NCBI GenBank assembly: GCA_030141605.1
Contig: JAQGDQ010000047.1
Location: 248,001-312,000 of the forward strand
Reading direction: 5' to 3'
DNA length: 64,000 nucleotides
DNA from: Tubiluchus corallicola
Taxonomy: Eukaryota > Animalia > Priapulida
A model generated the notes under the pieces. It made no database searches. It was given only the letters and a program-made list of their open reading frames with translations, and was not told where the DNA came from. Positions 30,401-42,400 of the stretch are shown here, piece after piece. The translations under genes and the position numbers were made by a program. Within the stretch, counting starts at the first letter, position 1. Every line of letters starts with the position of its first letter.

Positions 30401-33400
30401 CCTACCAATTTGCACAAAATTTTTGCAAATTCCTGATGGCTGCTTGGATTATCCCTCGGTGACATCATGGTACTACTCCTGCCGATTTGCACAACATATT
30501 TATGTTACCAAGAGTATTCCTTTTTTTTGTAAATCACAGCTTTTTAAGTGAGTAAGCGTCCTGCTCACTGACTTATTTGAGTCTGAAATTTTTTTTGAAA
30601 GATACTTCTCTGATCTTTTCTTTTAAGACTGAAGTTGATTAGCTTTTGCAAGGAATGATAATTAATTACTCATTGTGGAAAGATATTTTTCCTCACTTCT
30701 TTTTAATATTAACAGAAATGTGATTTCATCTACACCTGTCCAGACCAATCAGATGAGAAAGATTGTGGAGAATGTGATTTTGAAAAGAATATGTGTGGTT
30801 GGTATGACTCCAGCAGTGGACGATATGCATGGAAACGAGAGCAGGCTGGGGCAACAGGAAATCCGGGTCCAAGTGTGGATCACACTGTTGGCCAAAACGG
30901 GTAAGTTGTCATCTAAGTTCAATTATCACTGGTTTTAAAAGCGTCATACCTTTTTCTGATTAGGTTATTTTTGCTTTTTTGTAACATGTTGTTATAACAT
31001 GTAATAAACACAAATTACATAATAAAATGTTTTAGAGTTCTCAGCTGGGCTGTTCCATTTTTTATGATATATTTGTGAAAAATGTTTTTTTCTTCGTGAG
31101 CATTTTTTTTTGTGCTACAGGTATTACATGCGTGTTGAAACTGGTACCGGTGTCACAGAGAACTACGCCACCCTTTCTTCATCGGTTTACGGAGACACAG
31201 CAGCTAGTTGTCTGATGAATTTCTGGTACTACAAACGAGGAGGTCAGGATAAAACCACTTTAGAAGTGCATGCAGGTTATCCTGGAATGGCTTCTACAAG
31301 AATATGGTATGAATATGGTGATAAAGGCGACCAGTGGGTAAAAGGTGTAGCACAAGTAGGACGTAGGCACTTAGGATTTCACCTCGAATTTCACGGCTTC
31401 CATAACAGTAGCCAAGATGACATTGCTATTGACGACGTTTCATTTGAAAATTGCGGAATCTCGGGTGGACAAGGACAATGTGACATTGGCCAAAAACAAT
31501 GCAGTAATGGAAACTGTGTAGAAGATCACCAATGGTATGTGGTATTCTTTTGTAAAAATAACTTGTGTTCAGCTCAAAGTAAGTCATGCTTGTAAACTGA
31601 GTAAAAATGTTTTACAAAGCAGACAATAGTTATCTTGATAAATTGTATTCATCCCATGATTAGGTATCTAGTTCTGTATAATCACGATGTTTAATGAGCG
31701 GTGACAAAACAACAGATTAGAAAATTATTATTTTGATAATTTACATTTTAATTTGTTGTTCTGTAGTTGATAATTTAATTTCTAATCTGTTATTTTGTAG
31801 TTTCAGTTTGTGCCTTTATATCATTAATGTATTATTATTTTTTTGGCTTGATTTATAGTTTGATAATGGTTATAGTAGCCAAAACGATTGTCGCTCTTTA
31901 AACTTGGTGATTCCTAGAAGCTCGCTCTTTCGCATATTCAATGATCTGCAGTTCAGAATAAGAAAATTGTATCAAACATTTCAAGACCCAAGCTGACACT
32001 CGGCAATGATTTATAAGTTGCAATTCTTGCAACAATTGGTCATTTATAATGCCGGAATAATTAATGCAGATCATTAAATACGCAAAAGCGCGAGCTTCTA
32101 GGAATCACCAAGTTTAAAGAGCGACAATCGTTTTGGCTACTATAACCATTATCAAACTATAAATCAAGCCAAAAAAGAATAAATAATACATTAATGATAT
32201 AAAGGCACAAACTGAAACTACAAAATAACAGATTAGAAATTAAATTATCAAATACAAAACAACAAATTAGAATGTAAATTATCAAAATAATAATTTTGTT
32301 GCACATTCAAGATTGTTAATATGGTAAACGTTTTAGTGGATGCTCCTTCCTGTTCTTTTAAACACGAAAAGTAAGGTAACTTCTTTTTAAAGTTATGGAG
32401 GCAAGGGTGGATTAAGGCTACATAAAACTAAGAAGAGCAAAAATTAATAATTGTGCGCCATTACTACACAGGTGCTCTTGTCATTTTATCCTTTGTTCAG
32501 GTGTGATTTCTCTGATGACTGTGGCGACTATTCAGATGAATCAGCTTGTGATGAGTATGTAGAAAGATGTGACTTCCAAACTGACTTCTGCAACTGGCAG
32601 GTAGAAAGCTTGCCATTAACATGGAGACGTCACAGTGGCAACAGCCCTTATTACATGACCGGTAAGTGTTCTGATAGCAAATTTGCTGAAATATGACAAA
32701 CTCGTTTTACAGTCTGCACCGATTAATAGACTCATTTTGGGATGAAAGTGTTTTGACCCAGTTAACCGACTGAGCCTATTCACCAATGGGTGTAGTATTA
32801 CTGGTACAGAAGTCTGAGGCACCAGCTTACTATGCACTGCAAAGGTTTTTAATGAATTTTAGAAATGAAGTAGAAGTACTGCCTAAATTCCTTTGTGCAG
32901 TTAAAAAATATAAAAAATATATTTTAAAATATTAAGTTATATAAATGAATTAGCAATAAGTTAAAAAGTATACTTTTCTAAATCACCTAAGTCTGTTTAT
33001 TTGCGAAAAATGCAAAAAATCCTTCTAAGTCGGCTGCTTCATTTTATCGCGAAGAAGCTGGCTTACAAAGTTCTCATAATAATAATAAAAACTTTGAAAA
33101 TCTGTTGTTGTACGATGCACAAAGTCTCGTGAAATACTTAGTGCTTGGCGTGCCTAAACTGTTGTTGGTGCCGTGTTTCCCCGCTGGTAGCTCCGTCTGC
33201 AGTTTCGCCTAAGCTCCAGCTTGGTATTGTGATGTAGTTACTGTACTGTACCTGCGTCCATGGCATAAACAGCAACATCTAACTGATTAAGCTTTCTGGC
33301 AAAGACTGCTAGAGCTTCAAAAACAAACAACTAAGCAAGTGATTAAATGTTTAGCCTGGAATTCTTGGGTAACAAGGTTAATTGCAGTGGACGGGCGGGT

Positions 33401-36400
33401 CAAAGAAAACCATTAGGCTAGCATATTAGCGTATGATAAACGTTCCTGCTTACAAACAAAACGGTACTTAGCATGATTGTTTCTATGTATATTATAGGGC
33501 AAAAGCGATATAAGATGATATGATATAAGTCATAAAAGCTTATTAGTCATGAAAGTGTGCTATTGAAGCATGTAAAGTAAAAATATTGAGTCAATTATGC
33601 GGAGTTATTTGAGTCAGTTACTGATAGTTTTTATGTACATTAGAATAGAAGTGGCACATACCAGGCGTTTTTGAGTTAATTAAATGATTGACTCTATTGT
33701 GAGTCTATTAAGTGGCCCCTACTGCACATCCTGTAATGCAATAACTTTATTATATCCAGAGTTCTCATGCATGGGGTAAACTGATAAATAATCACAAGTC
33801 TATTGTGTGTATGCATCATATTGTGATAATATTATCTTTCACAAACTGTTTCATTCTTTATCCCTCCCTCAGACAGTATACAGCTGACCTGCATTTGCGT
33901 GTGCGCCTGTGCTTGTAATTCTCTGTGTCTTATAAAAACAGTGCTGTATATCTCCAAGACCATTGCCATTTCTGGACATGTCACATTAGGCCCTTCTAAC
34001 TCAGATGGTAAAACAATTTGACCCTTCCATTGTTGCCAAGTCTTTGACTTCATAAGCCAGTAAGGTTTTGTTTAGGTTGTGCACGTATAAAAAAAATTGG
34101 ATTACATTTTCATTCTTTACGAGGAAAAAGTCTCACTGTGTTACATTTCAGCTTGACTTTGACTTTAACTTTATTATGGCCTTATTTAAGTCTGCGTGCT
34201 TTTATTCAAATGCATCTTAAAGGCCAATAAGGTCAAGCTAGCCCGACTTATCATATTTGTAGTGCTAGTGATGAAAATGAACATTGTAATACACTTGATA
34301 CATATGATGGGTGAGTTACCGTTTAATTTCTTTTTTGTTACTAAGTTTCCTATCCACAGGGCCAAGCGTTGATCACACCTTTGGAAATACGACTGGATAT
34401 TATACATATTTTTACACTTTCGGCTCCACGCAGCAAAACGCTCCTGGTAGACTACACAGCAAAGTGGTATTTCAACCATCTATTGGCTGCAACATGCGTT
34501 TGTGGTAATATCCTGTTGATCCTATACATTTTTAAACATTATATTTAAAGCATTTTGAGCCTGTCACAGTTTTTTGTGTTGTTCTATTTTATTATAATGT
34601 GTACCACTTTGCTGCAAAATTAATAAGGGTGATTTTTACATAATATGCCAAAATTATTATATTTGATAATGATCATTTAGTGGTCGCTTCTCTTTAGTTC
34701 CTCATTGTTGTCATTTAAAATTAATTTTTTTGTAAATAATTGTTGCATTTTTCGTAAAAATTTGGTTGATTCTTAATCAGTAAATAATTTAATAGCAATA
34801 CATAAAGAATTTAATAGTAATAACGAGGATAAATTGAATCATATCATATTTATTCTTTTAGGTATCACATGTTTGGTCATGATATTAATGCATTGAATGT
34901 TTATGTAAAAACGTATCAAACGGACCCGATGTACAAAGTGTGGTACAAGAAAAATCCTCAAGGCAATATGTGGCTGAAAGCTGATATTAACTTTGATCTC
35001 ATTCAAAATAACTTCCAGGTAAGTGTAAAACTGTGTTGAAACCGTTTATGTACGAGTTCACATAACGTGGTATAGTCAGCATAGTTTGAGATTTAGTACA
35101 ATTCGTTAATTCACGAAAATTGTAAAGAATTCAAGGCTGCACAGCGTGCCTTAAACTGGTCCCTAAGGTAGTCCTTTGTGGATTTGTAATCATTTACCCC
35201 CAGTTCGAACCATTTTGAATTGTTAAACTTTTGATACCTGTTAACAGCTCGCAAAAGCACAACTTTGGCTTGTATGCTTAATAATACTGAGCTTTCCAAT
35301 CACTAGTTTATGTGGTAAGCAACTAAATGCTCATTCCATAAAGAAACACCTACATAGTGTATTAAGTACCACTGCTAATTTACAACTTTTTGACAGTAAA
35401 CATATATTCACATTTGTATCCTTTCCCATAAGCAGATATCTTAATTAACTAAAACAGCATCCTTATAAGACTACATTTGGACTTCCATTATTTTTTATAG
35501 TGGTATATACAAAGCTGATACTGTACTTGCTGTAAAGTGTCTACAAGATCTGTACTAAGTGGAGTAATTCTGAAGAAATCTGCTTTGTTTTCACTTTTAT
35601 AATATTAACAATTGTGATTTTGCCTAACTTTGCACAGGTTGTTATTGAAGGCCTTAGAGGCAATGGGTACTATGGCATAATTGGACTTGATGATATTACC
35701 TTCACCCCAGATTGTGTTGTGACTGGAACTACATTACCACCTGTTGAACCTACAACCCACCCACCTGTCACAATTCCTGGTACGTGTCAGCCTGATGACT
35801 TCAGGTGTATCGATGATAACTCTACTTGCATACCCAAACAGCAGGTATGTTGATAATGTTTGGTGTGAGTAGGAATCAAAGTTGATCTCTTTTTATGCAT
35901 TATTGTTTTTGGTTCTTAACTACAGTAGGCACCACTTAATTGACTTAAAAATGCCTGATACGAGCCACTTTTATTCAAAAGCACATGAAAACTGTCAGTA
36001 ATTGACCCAAATAACTCCACATAATTGACTCTTATGTTTTTCCTTCACATGCTTAAAATAAGACAGAATAAGCGAACAAATCAAAGCACATTTGATAATT
36101 ATAATAGCGTTGCCCATACGTCAGGTTGCTGCAACCTGTCGCTAATCAGTCTAGCCACGTTATTGATAATTATAGCTTCTAGATGTTAGACTAACTAGAG
36201 TCCTAAATCTTGCATTTCAAGCCAGATTATATAGGTAAAAGTACAGTAAGCGGCACTTAAAAGACTCACGGTTAATAGACTCAATCAGTTAATTGACTCA
36301 AAAATGCCTGGAACCGGCCGCTTCTATTCAAATATACATAGAAACTATCAGTAATTGACCAAATAACTCCACATAATTGACTCAATATTTTTCCATCACC

Positions 36401-39400
36401 TACTTAAAATAAGACATTTGTATGTGCCCAAAGAACCTTTCCTACTTTTATGTCATCTTTACTTCGCTTTTGTGCACTATAATATATGTAGAAACAGTCG
36501 TGTTAAATACAGTTTTGTTTGTAAACAGCTACGTTTATCATGTGCTAATACGCTTGAGTAGTGACTTTGCTTTGAATCTGTTACCCGCTTGTCTACTTTG
36601 TTACCCAGTAGAAGCTAAACATTTAATCACTTGTCTAGCAGTCTCCTTTTGAAGCTTTTGTTGCAAATCACACTTTCACGCTTAATGAGTCAACAGTCAA
36701 AGATGCAGGGATAGTAAATCCTTGTGACTTACAAGAATTAAACATCCTACAGCAAATAAAAGTATCGAGTTAAGAATTTTGAAAAATAGAGCACAAACAT
36801 AAAGATCTGACAGTTAAGGAGAAACTGAAAATTTTAGAGCAGTACGATAAATTTCCAAAGATGGGGCAGAAGTGAATTTTGCAAATAAACAGACTTGTGT
36901 GATTTAGAAAAGTGTACTTTATAATTTATAGCTAATTCACTTGTATAAATTAATATTTTAAAATATGTTTTAAATTTTTAACTGCACAAAGGAATTTAGG
37001 CATTACTTCATTTCTAAACTTCATCAGAAACCTTTGCAGTGCATAGTAAGCTGATGACTCATACTTCTATACCATAATTATTTACCCACCAGTTAATAGA
37101 TTCAGTCGGTTAATTGGGTCAAGACACTTCGGTCCTAAAGTGAGTCCATTAAGCAATGTCTACTGTAGTACCTACGCATAGTAGCTAAACTAGGATAATA
37201 CTTCGATTTTTTTGAAAATTACTTTTGTTAGCATGAAAGGTTGCCCATCTCATCTCCCCAACGTCACTAATAAGTTCTGTGGAGATTTAGAGATCCATAG
37301 AAAGGTTACTAAGACTATAAAATATGCAGTGGTTTGTGTAACTCATTTTAGGTAATAAAACAAATTCAAATTTCACATATTATTTATACAAGAATTTCTC
37401 TTTGTCTTGCTATTAATACTGTTTTTGTGTATTGCTCTTTCTTGTTTTTTTAGTGAAAAGATGTGAATTAATTTAATTTTTACAATTTAATTTTGTTCTA
37501 GGTATGTGATTTTATGCGTGATTGTATGGACGGCAGTGATGAGTTCACCTGCCCCAGCTCTTGTGACTTTGAGACCAATAACTGTGGTTGGGAAGACAAT
37601 ATCAAAGATAATCTAACATTTGCTTGGGGTAGTGGTCTTGAAACTGGAGCATATGGTCCCAAGGTATAAAGTTCTTTGCTTCTCATATGCTGAAATGAGT
37701 GTGCGTGTACAGTAGACGTGTGTTTTCTTTCCAAGTTTTATGTGTGTACGTGTACATGTGTGTTCTTTCTCAGTTTTGTTTCAGAAAAAAATTTGTTTAG
37801 TTACATTTTTGTGCAGAGCATATTTTTATTTGCAACATTTTCTTGAAATCTTTTTTTTACTAAATTTGCAAATAAGCTTTATTAATTTTTTATATTTTTA
37901 CTGCCTAAAACATTCATTGAAAAATTTATTTCTTTTTTAACTGCATAACTACATTCAATAGATTATGAATTTAGATCTACAGTATGTCCTCTCTTGATGA
38001 CACTAATGCATTCCAGCAAAACGCTACGTTAAGCGAAACATCATTAAACGAAGCTAAGTCTTCCATAGAAAGTAATGTAGAAGAATTGGGATACGTTCTG
38101 TAGGACAAAATCAATGCTGTTTGAAATCATATAAATTAAACATTTTATGAGTTTTACTCATGTTTCTACTGATTAATTTTTTCTGTTTTTTTTTAATTCA
38201 TCTATATATCTTTCTTACCTAGCTAGCGGGTTTTCTTTCGCTGACGTCTAGGCAGTCGTTAAACAATAAACACTTCAGCAGAGTTAAAACTTAGCCCTGG
38301 GACGACCTTGGGAATTTTATCTAGATACTTAGTCTGGTGGCTATAACAACAGGTTGCAGGCAACATTCCTTCGCATAAAGTTTACTCCCGGGTCTGGCTT
38401 GATAAAAATGGCTAGCATTTAGTGGTCAATTGGGAAACACAAACGTACACTTGTATAATAATTGCAGTGTTTATGTTACTAGTGTATTTTTAGAACAGAA
38501 TAATGCATTATGTACTGGTTTGATGCATCAAATTAGGTAAAAAAGTTATGCAAAGTAAAGAAATCGTCGTTAAAATGAAACTGTGCTTCATTAAGTGCAA
38601 AAAGTGTTAAATGCTGAGCGTCGTTAAAACAAAACGTCGCTAAACGGAAAGTCGTTAAGCGAGAACTTACTATATATATTTTTTTGTAAAATTGAATTGA
38701 CTTTTGCATCATTTTTTGTATAGTAGCTGTTTACATAGCTTTTGCTATTTACAGGTTGATCGATTTGGTGTATCAACTGGACGCTTTATGTTTCTGAGAA
38801 TTACTAGCACATTAAATCTGTACTACCAGCAAGCTTCGATGATTGGCCCACAATTCAGCCGAGCAGCGGATACATGCTTAATAAAATTTTGGTGGTATAT
38901 GTCCTATGCTTACATTTATCCTGAGGTGAAAATAGAAACGGAAAGTACGACTTCTCTCTGGCGTGCAAGAACTGGTCAGACTGCAATGTGGAGGCAAGAA
39001 ACTGTGGGAATCGGACAACGACACAATCCATTCCAGATACGATTGGATCTGTCTCATACATCATTGTCTTCTTACGGTGCAGCATTTGATGATATTGAGC
39101 TGGTTGATTGTGAATTCCCTGGTGCAGCTACTACGTGTCCTTCTAGTAAGTTCTGGTGCATAGAATCACGAGCTTGCATAGAGAAAAATCTGCTGTGTGA
39201 CCTAACAGATAACTGTGGTGATTACAGTGATGAAGATGAAGTTTTATGCAAGGAATACCACCGGTATGATTTCGAGAATGGACTGGGTGATTTCACTAAT
39301 GGTGTAAGTAAACTACAAAATTTAGAAATTCCTAACAAGTAAAATGTATAGGAAATTTACGAATTTATAAAATTTTACCACAAATGAGCTTATGCAAAAG

Positions 39401-42400
39401 TTACATAACAAATATCTTATAGCAGAATAAGGAATGGAATAGTAAATAGTATAACTGAATAGACTAAGAAATCAAAGGATTTACTGATCAATTGCTTCAT
39501 CAGCAAAAGTAGTCAAAGTATTTTTACTGTCATAGATATCACAAGTAAAATATGAGTTTTAGTTTCCACATTTCTTACCGTGTGCATTATTTTCCACTGC
39601 ATTGCTGTTAAAATTTCCCGAAATGTTGGTATTGTTGGTAGTACGAAGTCTGATCGACATCTTAATCTTTAAACAAACTAACAATTAAACTTCTTGTGTT
39701 ATAATTCGCGTGTGGATACATTGTAGCAGAATTGTTCTAAGACTGCTTGCTTTACGGTTTCATTCTGCTATTCATTTAGGGTGATTTTTATTGGTCAAGA
39801 TACAAAGGACAAACTCCTTCATATTACACTGGCCCATCAAGAGATCATACAATAGGCACCGAAGAAGGATATTACATGTACATAGAATATACGGGTAAAT
39901 TTTAATTTAGTATAAAGTTATAGGTGCACCTTTTGCAACTCCATTATTAACTCCGTTTACTTAGAAATGCAATAATTATGTATAATATTTTTCCTGTAAA
40001 CTTTTTAATCCTGTTCTTTAACTCCGAGTTTGTTTTTTCTATTTTAAAGCAGAATAAACATTTAGAGTTAAAATCAAAGAGAGTTAAGCTGAATTGAGTT
40101 GTTGGTTGTGCACCATAGAGTGCACAAAACTGTTAGCTTGGCATAGTGGTTATGTGTTTAATTTTGACTTCACATTTGTTTGAATAAATACAGGGCATTT
40201 ACGAAGTCATTTGGTTTGCTACATAGATTAGCATAACATGAAGCTTTTTAGCTTACAATTTTCCACACACAGTCGTTACTAATTACATGTATTTCAGTGC
40301 CTCAACACTTACATTTCTGAAGTATTTAGGTTTGAAATTCTGTTTATTCTGCAATATACTAGTCAATTATGTGGCAAAATTTCATTGTCATTGACAAACC
40401 CATTTTTCTCATTATAGGACAGCAATTTATGGACAAAGCCTGGCTTATTAGCCCCATCTTTGACATTACCACGGATGGTAGCTGCAGAATGAGAATTTAT
40501 ATTCACATGTTCGGCCGACACATTCAAGAGCTGAATATCATGACTCGCATTTATAGCGATGGCGGTAATCAGAAATTCTTCAGTATGGAGAGCGAGAATG
40601 CTTAATCTTGTTATTTTAACGTCATTTACAGCATCTTTTTATTTTATAGAACATAAAACATAGACATTTTGCATTCAGTAAAATGTAACATGGCTGTTGT
40701 TTGCTTTGAAGGTTATGACAATGTATTCCAGCAGAGGTTTGCAATAGGAGATTTCTGGGTGAGAAAAGAAGTAGAACTGAAAAGAAGCTCCAAATTTCAG
40801 GTACAACATGATTTTGGCAACCCCTTAATCTTAATTATCCATTGTAATTAACTACGTATTCTGTAATTTTTTTATGATTTTGAATGGCATAGTTTCAGAT
40901 TTCCACGTACTTTCATCTTTGTTTTATTTTGTGTATGTGTTTCTTTGCACACCAGATGGGTACTTCGGAGAACAGGAAATGGTTAGAATTTGTTCACAAG
41001 CTCTACGCTATGACTGGAACTCCTCTACAGTAGATTGTGTAGAACATAGAAAAGAGTGTATTAATAAATTAATTTGATTACTGGGTTCTTTAGAAAGCAC
41101 TAGCCCTTCTGTTGGTCTGTTTTTATGAATGATTCTGCCACTTTCGTCAAGCACAATGTTCGTTATGTTTATTTTAAATGCTTTTTTAATTTCTTGTTTT
41201 TCATTTATAATAGTATTTTTATTTTTTGTAGTTACTAACCATGTTTGGACTGTCATGGAAATAACATTATGCTTTTACATATCTAAGTATTAAAATAAAT
41301 TTCTATTCTATTCTATTCTATACACGCAAACTCGTAACCCATATTTCTATTAACGACGCATGCATACTGCTAGGTTTAAGCAAGGCCCATTACATTTTTC
41401 ATGTGATTTGTTTTTATTGAAGTTTTACAATACGTTTATTTTTCCGTATTTTATTCACATATAAAGGGTTAATATGTATTCTCTTGTGTGGGTTTTTTTG
41501 GTGGACTGACACAATAACAATAACATTATGTATCTTTCAATAATATGTATTTGTAGTCTTAATTATATTACATAAATAATAGTTTTAGAACATCATTTTT
41601 ATTTTGCAATCAAAAGATAGAGCCAAGCCCTGTTATGGTTAATATAGAAGTTTTAGAATAACATGAATTATACATGTAAATTGTGTTGCAGGTGGTAATA
41701 GAAGGCATTGTCGGTGACTACCAAGAAGGAGATATAGCTATTGATGATGTTAGCTTCACCCCAAACTGTAAGAAAAGTGGAGACACTACTTTACCAACTG
41801 CTCCTTCAACAACTCCACATTCTACTCTGCCAACTACGACTGTGTCCCATACTTGTGATGATACTCAGTTTGCATGCGATTTTGGAACTAGGTGTATTCC
41901 ATTGGAAAATGTGTGTGATTTCCGCATTGACTGCTACGATGGCAGCGACGAAGACCAGTGCAGTAAGCAACGCATTGTTATAATATAATTCTTTATCATA
42001 CTTCTACTTGAGACTTGAGTCCAGAAATGGTACTAACTGTATCATAAAATTTCACTCCCAATAATGCGCAAAAATACTGTAGTGTTTAGTTGCAGAACTC
42101 CTAGAGGTTTATCTTTTTGTGAAATATTTGTTGGACACGCATTTAGGTGGCTGTGCAAACCAGATGTTTAGCAAGGACTTATTTTTTCTTGTAACAGAAC
42201 AATAGCTATCCATTTTATATTATTTATTGTGCTTCATCCATAGGTATGTTGTCACTTTTTAGTAATTTCTAGAAAACCGATTTTAGAAATTTTGTGAACA
42301 AACTGTTAATGTCATATTAGCGATTCTTTTTCATTGTCGTCGCTATCAGCATTGTCTTCATTGTCACGATTATTGTTGTCATTGCCATCTTCTCAATATT

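Noticed and set aside
39919-40118. Short inverted pair (ggtgcac…aactc / gagtt…gtgcacc) suggesting a MITE
   Set aside because: Too degenerate to define ends or TSD by eye.
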